Assembly: GCA_044222065.1 (NCBI GenBank)
Contig: JBGAOA010000005.1
Coordinates: forward strand, 1-64,000
From: Candidatus Eiseniibacteriota bacterium
GTDB lineage: Bacteria > Eisenbacteria > RBG-16-71-46
Length of the DNA stretch: 64,000 bases
Direction of reading: 5' to 3'
Positions 52,588 to 61,840 of this stretch are shown piece after piece. The notes beneath the pieces are model-generated. The model searched no databases and was not told the DNA's origin. It saw only the letters and a list, made by a program, of their open reading frames with translations. Within the stretch, counting starts at the first letter, position 1. Every line of letters starts with the position of its first letter. The translations under genes were made by a program, and so were the position numbers.

Positions 52588-55500
52588 CTAGCGCCGGTCG
52601 GCTTCGGTCTCGGCGCGGCCCTCGCGCCGGATGCGGCCGTCTTCGCGCACGTCGAGCGGGGCGCCGTCCTTCGTCTTCGCGGTGACGTACTGCTCGAGCG
52701 CGCCGCGGATCACGAAGCCGGTGTCGACGACGTTGCGTCCCTTCGCGAGCGTCGCGTAGTTGTCGCCGCCCGTGGCCATGAAGTTGTTGGCCGCGACCTT
52801 GTAGGTCTTCGCGGGATCGAGCGGCGAGCCGTCGGCGAGCGTGAGCTCGATCAGGCGCTGCATCTCGGGACGGCCGACGTCGAAGCGGAACCGCAGCCCG
52901 CTCACCTGCGTGACGCGGCCGTAGCGCAGGCCCTCCTCGAGCGTCGCGCGCAGCTCGGCGCCCGTCAGCTCGAGCGTCACGATCGTGTTGTCGAACGGCA
53001 TGATCTCGTAGATCGAGCCGCGCGTGATCTCGCCCGCGGGCAGGTCGGCCCGCAGTCCGCCCGGGTTCTGCAGCGCGACGTCCACGCCCGAGGCGGCGCG
53101 CATCGCGTCGGTGACGAGATCGCCGACCGCCGACTCGCCGCCGCGGTTGCGGCCGAGCGCCCGCGCGTTCGTGCCGATGCGCCGGCCGGCGACGTCCCGC
53201 ACGTGCGAGTTCCAGCGCGCGACGCGCTCGGTCCACGCGCTGTCCACCGCGACCTCGTCGCTCCACGTCTGCTGCAGGCGCGCACGGCGCTCGGCGACGG
53301 CGCCGGTCGCCCCGTCCACCACGAGGTCGAGCACCGCGACGAACTGGCCGTGCGAGCCGGCGATCATCACCGGCACGCCGTTCACCTCGTCGAGCACCTG
53401 GTTGTGGCTGTGTCCGCCGAACCACGCCGTCACGCCCGGGACGCCGCGCGCGAGCCGCACGAGGTCGCCGCTGCGCGCGCGCCGAAGCGAGTCGTTCTCG
53501 GCCGGCACGTGGCCGACGCCGAAGACGAGCTTCGAGCGGTCCACCCGGCGCAGCTTCGTGACCGCCTTGAGCGCCGCGAGCGAGTCGTCCTCGAAGCGCA
53601 GGTGGCGGACGTACGCCGGCAGCGTCACGGTCGGCGTGTAGCGGTAGCACAGGCCGACGACGCCGACCGGCAGGCCGCGGCGCACGAACGCCGTGTCGGC
53701 CCGCACCCACTTTGGCCGGCGGTTCGTCTTGCGCTCGATCATGTTCGCGCCGAGCGCAGCGAAGCGCATCGCGCGCACGCGCGTCTCGAGCGTGTCGGCG
53801 GTCCAGTCGAATTCGTGGTTGCCGATCGCGAACGCCTGGTAGCCGAGCGCGTTCATCTGCTCCACCACGGGCACGCCGAACTGCAGGTTCGAGATCATCG
53901 TGCCCTGGAAGCAGTCGCCGCCGTCGAGAAGGATCGTGCCCTCGGGATTCTCGGCGCGCAGCTTCTCGACGTGGGCGGCGAGCACGGCCGAGCCGCCGGC
54001 CGAACGGCCGCTCCGCCGGTCCGGCGCTCCGGGCAGGATCGCGCCGTGGAAGTCGGTCGTCTCGAGCACGCGCAGCTGCGGCCAGCGCGCGTTCGCGACG
54101 ATCGCGAGCGCTTCGGCGCGCGTGAGCTCGCGGCGCGAGTAGGCTTCGGGCTCGGCCGCGCCGGGCGCGCGGCGGAGTCCCGTGAGCAGCGAGCGCCGGA
54201 ACGACGCGCGATCGGCGGCGCGGGCGACCGAGAGGCCGGCCTTCGCCGCGGACATCGCCGCCCAGTCGAGCGCCTGCGGCAGCGTCGCCGGCGCGTGCGG
54301 CCGGAACGACTCCGCTTCGGCGCCGCGGCCGAGCGCACCGCGACGCAGCAGGCCGTCGAGCCAGGGCGCGAGCGAATCCGGGACGTCCGTGAACGCGCTC
54401 GAGCGGCGCTGCTCGCGCCAGCCCCACGCCCGCGCGAGCCAGTACGCGACCTCGCCGCGCAGCGCCGGCGCGGCGGGATCGAGGCGCACCGTCTCGGCCG
54501 CGTCGAGCGAACCGCGCCGCACGAGCAGGTCGACGTAGGGACGCTCGGGCACGAGCGCGTGCTCGGGGACGATCCGCCAGTTCGCGTCGTACTCGGCGTT
54601 GATCGTGCGCCGGGCCCGCACCCACTCGACGAGCAGGTCGTGCACCTGCCACGCGCTCTTGCCGACGCGCGGTGCGGCGGCGATCGCATCGTATCCGCCC
54701 GCGCCGTTCGCGCGGTAACTGTTCACGACCACGCGCAGCCGGGCGTCGTCGGCGAGCGGCGCGCCGCCGCGCGACAGCCCCACGACGCGGCGGCCCGCAG
54801 GCTGCGTCAGGTCGAGCCGGTACTCCACGCCTTCGGCGAGGTCGAAGTTGTAGCCCGGGCGGCCGGGCTCGGCGAGCGGACGCGCGTGCTCGAACGTGTA
54901 CGTCTGGAAGTACTCCGCGGCGTGCTCGAGCGCGCGCTTCAGCTCGGCCCCGGTCAGCTCCACGACGACGAGCGTGTTGTCGTACGGATAGAGGCGGTAC
55001 AGGTCGCGGCGGCGGATCGGCCCGCGGGCGAGGCTCGCGCCCGGGTCGGGCAGCGCGGCGAGCGACACTTCGGCTTCGGTCTGCCAGCGCTGCACGCGGT
55101 GGATGAGGTCGAGCACGGGGCCGTCGGCGAAGCGGCCGTTCGGCGAGCCGATCGTTTCGCTCGCCTCACCGACGACCTCGCCGAGGCTCGCGCGCGCCGC
55201 GTCGTGGTAGGGCGCCGCGAGCGCGACGATCGCGCTGTCGTCCGGCACCGAGTCGGTGATCGCGAGCACGCGCGCGAAGGCGGCGACCTGCCACGGCGCG
55301 CCGGCCGCCTCGCGCGTCAGCGTGAAGTCGATGCGGCCGAGCTGCTCGCCCCACTTGCCGGCCTGCGTCACGACCGCACGGCCGGCCCGCAGCGCGGGCA
55401 CGACCGTGTGCGTGTGCCCCGCGATCACCGCGTCCACGCCCGGCACCTCGTTCGCGAGCCGCCACGCCCAGTTCTCGTTCGGCGTGTCGCCGCCGCGCTC

Positions 55501-56250
55501 GCGACCGTTCGCCGACTCGCGCTCGAGTCCCGTGTGCGCGAGCAGCACGACGACGTCGCAGCGGCCTTCGGCGCGCAGCCGGGCCGCTTCGGCCGTGGCC
55601 GCCTCGAGCGGCGATCGGAACGCGAGCCCGCGCACGAGCCCCGCGTCCTCGAACACCGGTACGGCCGGCGTGCACACCCCGACGATGCCGACGCGCACGC
55701 CGCCAAGGTCCCGCACGAACGACGGCGCGTACGGAGCGCGCCCGCCCGCGGAGTCGGCGACGTTCGCCGCGAGCCACGGGAAGCTCGCCTCGCGACGCGT
55801 GCGCTCGCGCTCGTCCGGGAGCAGGTCGAATTCGTGGTTGCCGACCGCCATCGCGTCGTAGCCGATGCGGTTCATCGCCGCGATCATCGGGTCCGGACGC
55901 GTCCGCGGCGCGGCGCGGTAAACGGTCTCGAGCGGGCCGCCGGTGAGCGCGTCGCCGTTGTCGAGCAGGAGCACCGGGCGGCCCTCGGCCCGCGCGCGTC
56001 CGACGAGCGTCGAGATCTTCGCGAGACCGCGCGCCGCCGGCCGGTCGTTCAGGTAGTCGAACGACGTGAGCGCCCCGTGCAGATCCGTGGTGTGCAGGAC
56101 CGTGAAGCGGAACTCCTCCGCGTTCGCCGGCGCAACGAGGCCCGGCGCGAGCGCGAGCGCCAGCCACGCCGCGTGCACGAAAGCAACGAGCGCGGCGGCG
56201 AGGTGCGAGCGGCGGCGCGCGTCGGCCGTGGGAGTGGGGGCGGAAGTCAT
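52588..56250 (-). CDS. Exported tandem 2',3'-cyclic phosphodiesterase/5'-nucleotidase with an SLH-like linker
   Basis: Two metallophosphoesterase plus 5'-nucleotidase-C units (TTDLHG/DNGD/GNHEFD and TTDFHG/DGGD/GNHEFD). Confidence 0.88.
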   Translation of the reverse strand: MTSAPTPTADARRRSHLAAALVAFVHAAWLALALAPGLVAPANAEEFRFTVLHTTDLHGALTSFDYLNDRPAARGLAKISTLVGRARAEGRPVLLLDNGDALTGGPLETVYRAAPRTRPDPMIAAMNRIGYDAMAVGNHEFDLLPDERERTRREASFPWLAANVADSAGGRAPYAPSFVRDLGGVRVGIVGVCTPAVPVFEDAGLVRGLAFRSPLEAATAEAARLRAEGRCDVVVLLAHTGLERESANGRERGGDTPNENWAWRLANEVPGVDAVIAGHTHTVVPALRAGRAVVTQAGKWGEQLGRIDFTLTREAAGAPWQVAAFARVLAITDSVPDDSAIVALAAPYHDAARASLGEVVGEASETIGSPNGRFADGPVLDLIHRVQRWQTEAEVSLAALPDPGASLARGPIRRRDLYRLYPYDNTLVVVELTGAELKRALEHAAEYFQTYTFEHARPLAEPGRPGYNFDLAEGVEYRLDLTQPAGRRVVGLSRGGAPLADDARLRVVVNSYRANGAGGYDAIAAAPRVGKSAWQVHDLLVEWVRARRTINAEYDANWRIVPEHALVPERPYVDLLVRRGSLDAAETVRLDPAAPALRGEVAYWLARAWGWREQRRSSAFTDVPDSLAPWLDGLLRRGALGRGAEAESFRPHAPATLPQALDWAAMSAAKAGLSVARAADRASFRRSLLTGLRRAPGAAEPEAYSRRELTRAEALAIVANARWPQLRVLETTDFHGAILPGAPDRRSGRSAGGSAVLAAHVEKLRAENPEGTILLDGGDCFQGTMISNLQFGVPVVEQMNALGYQAFAIGNHEFDWTADTLETRVRAMRFAALGANMIERKTNRRPKWVRADTAFVRRGLPVGVVGLCYRYTPTVTLPAYVRHLRFEDDSLAALKAVTKLRRVDRSKLVFGVGHVPAENDSLRRARSGDLVRLARGVPGVTAWFGGHSHNQVLDEVNGVPVMIAGSHGQFVAVLDLVVDGATGAVAERRARLQQTWSDEVAVDSAWTERVARWNSHVRDVAGRRIGTNARALGRNRGGESAVGDLVTDAMRAASGVDVALQNPGGLRADLPAGEITRGSIYEIMPFDNTIVTLELTGAELRATLEEGLRYGRVTQVSGLRFRFDVGRPEMQRLIELTLADGSPLDPAKTYKVAANNFMATGGDNYATLAKGRNVVDTGFVIRGALEQYVTAKTKDGAPLDVREDGRIRREGRAETEADRR

Positions 56251-56369
56251 GGGCGCGCGACGCTAGCACCCGCTCGAAACGAGGGTCAACGACGGCACCG
56301 TGCGGCGCCGCGGCCGTCGTGCGCGGGCTTGCGGGCGCCGCACGCGCCTTCCTATAGTGCGCGCCGCCC

Positions 56370-57155
56370 ATGAGCGAGAACCCGATCTGCCCCGACTGCG
56401 GCGCACCGAATCCTCCGGACGCCCGCGCCTGCGAACACTGCAACTTTCCGCTCACGCACGCCGACGCGGCGCCTTCGGCCGCGAACGCGGCGCCGGAGCC
56501 GCCGCCGGCGGGCCCGAAGCCCGCGACGCCGGCCGAGGAGCCGCCGATCGTCGTCCGCCGGCCGCTGCGCCGCCGTCCGCCGCGCCCCGCCGCTTCTCAG
56601 CAGGCGATGTCGCTCTGGCTCTTCGTCGGCGGGTTCGTCGTGCTGCTGCTGATCGGCGTGGCGATCCAGTCGCGTCATCAGGTGGAGTCGCCGACGGTCC
56701 CCGGAGCGAGCGAGGAGCAGATGAAGCGGGCCGCGATGATCCGCGCCGAGATCGCGAAGGACTCGGCGAACGTGGACGCGCGCATCGCGATGGGCGACCT
56801 GCTGTACGACACCGCGAACTGGGGCGAGGCGATCATCCATTACCGCGCGGGCATCGCGCGCGATTCCTCGCGGGCCACGGCGATCGTGGATCTCGGCGTG
56901 TGCTACTACAACCTCGGCCACACGACCGAAGCCGAGAACCTGTTCCAGCTCGCGCTGAAGCGCGACCCGCATCAGCCCGTCGCGTGGTTCAATCTCGGCA
57001 TCGTCGCCGAGCGCCGCGAGCAGCCGGCGAAGGCGGTCGAGTACTACCGCCAGGCGCTCGCGAACGATCCACCGGACGGCATGCGCCCGGCGCTCGAGCA
57101 GGCGATCGCACGCGTCGGCGGCGGCGCTCCGGCACCCGCCCCGTCCGGACGCTGA
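56370..57155 (+). CDS. Zinc-ribbon, TM and TPR membrane protein
   Basis: CPDCG..ACEHC, a Pro-rich linker, one TM segment and TPR helices. Confidence 0.78.
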   Translation: MSENPICPDCGAPNPPDARACEHCNFPLTHADAAPSAANAAPEPPPAGPKPATPAEEPPIVVRRPLRRRPPRPAASQQAMSLWLFVGGFVVLLLIGVAIQSRHQVESPTVPGASEEQMKRAAMIRAEIAKDSANVDARIAMGDLLYDTANWGEAIIHYRAGIARDSSRATAIVDLGVCYYNLGHTTEAENLFQLALKRDPHQPVAWFNLGIVAERREQPAKAVEYYRQALANDPPDGMRPALEQAIARVGGGAPAPAPSGR

Positions 57156-57162
57156 CGCCCGC

Positions 57163-57816
57163 TCAGACGGGCGGGGCGAGCCCCATCGCGCGCAACGCCG
57201 CGGCCGTCGCGGGGCCGATACGATGCGGCTCGAGCGCGACGCGCGCGGCCCAGCGCACGAGGTCCCGCGGCACGTCGAGGTCGTCGAGCGGCTCGAGCCT
57301 CGCGACGCGGAGCCCGCGGCGCGCAGCGATCGCCAGCGTCGCCTCGAACACCGAAGGCGTGCTCCACGCGATGCCTTCGAACAGCGCGGGCTCGGGCCGG
57401 GCGAGCGCGACGAGCGCGTAGCCGCCGTCGCTCGAGGGCGCGAACGCCGCGTCGTGCGTGTCGAGCGCGTCGAACGCCCGCTCGATCGCCGGTGCGCCGA
57501 GCGCGGGGGCGTCCGTGCCGACGATCGCGGCGCGGGCGCCGTTCTCGGTGAGCCGCGCGAACGCGTTCGCGAGGCGCGCGCCGAGGTCGGCGCCGTGCTG
57601 CAGCCGCGCTTCGAACCCGGGCGTGACCGCCTGGTCGACCGGCGCGTCCCACCACACCGAGCGCTCGTCCACGCGCGCGACGCGCGCGGCGCTCAACGCA
57701 TCGTCGAGCAGCGCGGCGTAGAGGTCGCGCGCGAGCGCCGCCGGAAGCGCGGGCGAGAGCCGCGTCTTCACCGCGCCCGCGACCGGGCGCTTCGCGAACA
57801 ATCCGAGTCGGCGCAT
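57163..57816 (-). CDS. DUF2064/TIGR04282-like glycosyltransferase-fold protein
   Basis: FAKRP..G.VKTRL, QHGADLGARL, GTDAP, DGGYAL, WST and DLDVPRDL. Confidence 0.85.
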   Translation of the reverse strand: MRRLGLFAKRPVAGAVKTRLSPALPAALARDLYAALLDDALSAARVARVDERSVWWDAPVDQAVTPGFEARLQHGADLGARLANAFARLTENGARAAIVGTDAPALGAPAIERAFDALDTHDAAFAPSSDGGYALVALARPEPALFEGIAWSTPSVFEATLAIAARRGLRVARLEPLDDLDVPRDLVRWAARVALEPHRIGPATAAALRAMGLAPPV

Positions 57817-58036
57817 CGCGGGCACGCTACGTTGCCGCTCGCGCGCCCGGCAAGGCGCTCCGTGCTCCCGGCGGAAGCGTTTTCCGGGCGCGCGTTCCGC
57901 CTCGCGGGCGCGGAGGCGTGTCGTCGTCGCACGCGCGCCGTTCGCGGTTGACACCCGTTTCGCCCGCTGCCTAACCTGCCGCGTTCCGCCGTCCTCGCGC
58001 GCCCGTCGCGCCCTCTCCATCCGCACGAGTCCGCAC

Positions 58037-59461
58037 ATGAGCGACACCTCGCACTTCTCGTTGATCGTCGTGGGCACGGGCCCGGGCGGCTACGTGGCCG
58101 CGATCCGCGCCGCGCAGCTCGGGCTCAAGACCGCCGTCGTCGAGAAGGACGAACTCGGCGGCACGTGCCTCAACTGGGGCTGCATTCCGACCAAGGCGTG
58201 GGTCGTGACCGCCCATCTCTACGAGCAGATCCGGCGCGCGAAGGAGTTCGGGATCGAGGTCGGAGAGCCGAAGATCCACTGGCCCACGCTCGTCGAACGC
58301 AAGAACAAGGTCGTCAAGCAGCTCACGGGCGGCGTGAAGACGCTGCTGTCGGGCCGCGGCGTCGAGATCGTGCGCGGCACGGCGAAGCTGACGAGCGCGA
58401 ACCGCATGGACGTCGCGCTGGCCGGCGGCGGCACGCGCGAGCTCAGCGCCGATCACCTGCTGCTCGCGACCGGGGCGGAGGCGACGATGCCGCCCGGATT
58501 CGCGCTCGACGGCGAGCGCGTCATCACGAGCAAGGAGGCGCTCGACCTGACTAAGCAGCCGAAGAGCGTCGCGATCCTCGGTGGCGGCGTCGTGGGCTGC
58601 GAGTTCGCGTGCTTCTTCGCCGCGATCGGGACGCAGGTGACGCTCATCGAGATGCTGCCGCGCCTCGTGCCGAACGAGGACGACGAGGTCGCCGACGCGC
58701 TCGCGCGCGAGATGAAGAAGCAGAAGGTCGCGCTCCACCTCGGCACGAAGGTCGAGGACCTGAAGAAAAACGCGGACGGCACCGTCACGCTCACGATGTC
58801 CGGCGGCGCGACCGTGTCGGCCGAGACCGTGCTCGTCGCGACCGGGCGCCGACCGTTCGCGACGGGCCTCGGGCTCGAGGCCGCGGGAATCGCGCGGGGC
58901 GATCGCGGAAAGATCGTCGTGAACGACCGCCTGCAGACGTCGGCGAAGAACGTGTACGCGATCGGCGACGTCACCGACATCCAGCAGCTCGCGCACTTCG
59001 CGAGCGCGCAGGGCAAGGCCGCGGTCGAGATCATCGCGGGTCATCCGGCGCAGACGAACTGGCGGGCCGTGCCGGCCGCGACGTTCACGAACCCCGAGAT
59101 CGCGAGCGTCGGCCTCACGGAACGCGAAGCGAAGGAGCAGGGACGCACGGTCAAGGTCGGACGCTTCCCGTTCCGGGCGCACGGCCGCAACATCGCCGAC
59201 GGCGAGACGACCGGCTTCGTGAAGCTCGTCGCGGACGCCGGAACGGACCAGGTTCTGGGCGCGCACCTCTTCGGCGCGCGCGCGAGCGAACTCGTGCACG
59301 AGTGCTCGCTCGCGATCGCCGCCGATCTCAACGCGCACGATCTCGCCCAGGCGATCCACGCGCATCCGACGCTCACCGAGACGATCGGCGAAGCGGCCGA
59401 GGACGTGGACGGCCTCGCGGTGCACCTTCTGCGGCAGGAGGCGCGGACCGCGGCGCGCTGA
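58037..59461 (+). CDS. lpdA: Dihydrolipoamide dehydrogenase
   Basis: GTGPGGYVAAIRAAQLG, GGTCLNWGCIPTK and HAHPTLTE. Confidence 0.96.
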   Translation: MSDTSHFSLIVVGTGPGGYVAAIRAAQLGLKTAVVEKDELGGTCLNWGCIPTKAWVVTAHLYEQIRRAKEFGIEVGEPKIHWPTLVERKNKVVKQLTGGVKTLLSGRGVEIVRGTAKLTSANRMDVALAGGGTRELSADHLLLATGAEATMPPGFALDGERVITSKEALDLTKQPKSVAILGGGVVGCEFACFFAAIGTQVTLIEMLPRLVPNEDDEVADALAREMKKQKVALHLGTKVEDLKKNADGTVTLTMSGGATVSAETVLVATGRRPFATGLGLEAAGIARGDRGKIVVNDRLQTSAKNVYAIGDVTDIQQLAHFASAQGKAAVEIIAGHPAQTNWRAVPAATFTNPEIASVGLTEREAKEQGRTVKVGRFPFRAHGRNIADGETTGFVKLVADAGTDQVLGAHLFGARASELVHECSLAIAADLNAHDLAQAIHAHPTLTETIGEAAEDVDGLAVHLLRQEARTAAR

Positions 59462-59559
59462 CGGGCGCCGGCCGTGCGCCGGGCCCCGCGACCGCGATCC
59501 GCACTCTCGATGCCGCCGCTCGTCCGGACTCACGCCGCAGGGCGCGGAGCGCGCGCGTG

Positions 59560-60324
59560 ATGACGTCCACGCTGCGACTCGCGGTCGCGTCGGCGAGCGA
59601 CGTCGGACGAAAGCGCGCCCAGAACGAAGACCGCGTGCTCGTCGCGGTTCCCGACGATGCCGCCGATCGCGCACGGCACGGCGTGCTGTTGCTCGTCTGC
59701 GACGGCATGGGCGGCGCGCGCGCCGGCGAGGTGGCGAGCGCGCTGGCCGCCGAGACGATCGAGCGCGAGTGGAGCGCCGCGCCCGGCGCCGACCGCGCCG
59801 CCGAACTCGTGGCGGCGGTCGAACGCGCGAACGCGGCCGTTCACGAGGAGAGCCTGCGCGACTCCGAACTCGGCGGCATGGGCACGACCTGCACGGCGCT
59901 CGCCGTCGTGGGTCGCGAGGTGTTCGTCGCCCACGTCGGCGACAGCCGCGCCTACCTGCTGCGCGGCGGCCGGCTCGTCGCGCTCACGTCGGACCACTCG
60001 CTCGTCGCCCAGCTCGTTCGCGACGGCCTCCTCACCGCGGACCAGGCGCGCACGGACCCGCGCCGCAACGTCGTGACGCGCAGCGTCGGCGTCTCGGCCA
60101 ACGTGGACGTCGACGGCGGGCGCGCGCCCCTCGATCTCGAGCCGGGGGACACGCTCCTCGTGTGCTCCGACGGACTGCACGGCGTCGTCGAGGAGCCGGA
60201 CCTCGCGCGGCTCGCGGCGGGCCCGGACCTGGACGCCGCGTGCCGCGCGGCGATCGCGCTCGCGAACGAGCGCGGCGGACCGGACAACATCTCGATCGCG
60301 CTCGCGCGCCTCGAGCCGCTCTGA
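59560..60324 (+). CDS. PP2C-family Ser/Thr protein phosphatase (Stp1/PrpC-like)
   Basis: SDVGRKRAQNED, CDGMGG, HVGDSRAY, CSDGL and GGPDNIS. Confidence 0.92.
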   Translation: MTSTLRLAVASASDVGRKRAQNEDRVLVAVPDDAADRARHGVLLLVCDGMGGARAGEVASALAAETIEREWSAAPGADRAAELVAAVERANAAVHEESLRDSELGGMGTTCTALAVVGREVFVAHVGDSRAYLLRGGRLVALTSDHSLVAQLVRDGLLTADQARTDPRRNVVTRSVGVSANVDVDGGRAPLDLEPGDTLLVCSDGLHGVVEEPDLARLAAGPDLDAACRAAIALANERGGPDNISIALARLEPL

Positions 60325-60332
60325 CGCACGCA

Positions 60333-60379
60333 CGCGAAAACGGCCGGTGCGGATCCGATCCGCACCGGCCGTCTTCGCG
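60333..60379. terminator. Long hairpin between convergent genes
   Basis: CGCGAAAACGGCCGGTGCGGATC-C-GATCCGCACCGGCCGTCTTCGCG; there is a T-run on the minus strand. Confidence 0.7.
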
Positions 60380-60387
60380 AGCCCCGC

Positions 60388-61740
60388 TCAGCGAGCGCGG
60401 CGTTCCGTGGGGTCCTGCGCCGGCGGTTCGCCCGTGCTCACGAGCGTGGTCCGGTCGGGCATCAGCGCCGCGCCGACGTCGAGCGCGCCGCTGCCGAGCT
60501 TGCCGACCTCGGCGGGCGGCACCCACACGAGCGTCCGCGTCGTCGCCTCGATGCGGGTCTGCACGTTCCCCGCGTTCCACGTGGGATGCACGGCGAGCAG
60601 GAGCGCCGCGGTGCCCGCGACGAACGGCGTGGACATCGAGGTGCCGCTCCAGAGCCGCCAGGCGCCGCCCGGGTACGCGCTGCGGATGCCGACGCCCGGT
60701 GCGCACAGGTCGAGGTGGCTGCCGTACGAGGTGAAGTCGGCGGGGCGCGGCTTGGCGTGCGTGGCGCCGATCGCGATCGCGTGACTGCTGCTCGCCGGGA
60801 ACTCCGTCGGGTTGTCGGCGCCCCAGTTGCCGGCCGAACACACGACGACGATGCCGCGCGCCTCGGCTTCCTCGAGCAGCAGCTGGATCGCGTCGCTGCG
60901 GCGCAGCATGCCGAGGCTCAGGTTGATCACGCGCGCCCCGTGGTCCATCGCCCAGCGGACGCCTCGGGCGACGTTCGAGATGTCGCCACGCCCGTTCGCG
61001 TCGAGCACGCGCACCGGCAGGATCGTCGCGCGCGGCGCCGTGAGCTGCACGATGCCCGCGACGTGCGTGCCGTGCCCGTAGGCCTCGTTGAGCTGCCCGT
61101 CGCCGTCGCTGTCCACGTTGCTCGTCTCGTCGGCCGCGTTCGCATCGCCGCCCACGAAGTCCCAGCCCGCGGTGACGTGGCCGTAGAGCGCGGGATGCGA
61201 GGCGTCCACGCCGGTGTCGATGATCGCGACCCGGATGCCGTTCCCGTCGCTGACCTCGTGCGCGAGCGCGAGCTGCAGCGAATCGGCCGCCGGCTGCTCC
61301 GTGTAGGTCTGCATCGAGCCGAGTCCGTCGTCCGACGCGTAGCTCTCCTGCCGCGACTCGGCGGTCTCGATCAACGAGTTGCGCTCGGCGCTCAGGACGC
61401 GCGGGTCGGTCCACATCGCCGCGCACAACTGCTCGCACGTCTCGCCGGGCGGCGGCAGGATGCGCGCGTAGCCGTCGCCGCTCCACATCAGCGTGGCGTC
61501 GTAGTCGTAGCAGACCTCGTGCGCGTTGGCGCCCGGCGCGAGCGTCACGACGGCGTCCTCGAGATCGTCGGCGCTGTTCGTGCGCCCCGTCACCGAGGCG
61601 CGCGCGGGCGCCGCCTCGCGAGGGAGGACGGGGGTCGTCGGCAGCGAGCGTCCGCACGAGGCGAGCGTCGCGGCGAGCGCGACGATCGCGATCAGGAGCG
61701 GACGGGAGCCACGGGAACCGAATCTGGGCGCAACGTTCAT
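60388..61740 (-). CDS. S8 subtilisin-like serine peptidase, lipoprotein
   Basis: Lipobox LASC; catalytic triad motifs IIDTG, HGTHVAG and SGTSMS, plus SAGN. Confidence 0.92.
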   Translation of the reverse strand: MNVAPRFGSRGSRPLLIAIVALAATLASCGRSLPTTPVLPREAAPARASVTGRTNSADDLEDAVVTLAPGANAHEVCYDYDATLMWSGDGYARILPPPGETCEQLCAAMWTDPRVLSAERNSLIETAESRQESYASDDGLGSMQTYTEQPAADSLQLALAHEVSDGNGIRVAIIDTGVDASHPALYGHVTAGWDFVGGDANAADETSNVDSDGDGQLNEAYGHGTHVAGIVQLTAPRATILPVRVLDANGRGDISNVARGVRWAMDHGARVINLSLGMLRRSDAIQLLLEEAEARGIVVVCSAGNWGADNPTEFPASSSHAIAIGATHAKPRPADFTSYGSHLDLCAPGVGIRSAYPGGAWRLWSGTSMSTPFVAGTAALLLAVHPTWNAGNVQTRIEATTRTLVWVPPAEVGKLGSGALDVGAALMPDRTTLVSTGEPPAQDPTERRAR

Positions 61741-61840
61741 GTGGCGGACTCCGAATCGAGACGAGGCATGAGCTGGGAGAGTTTAGAGCCGGTGAAGTCG
61801 CCGGTGCTTCACAAAACTTTCGGGCGATTTGGCCCGTGGA

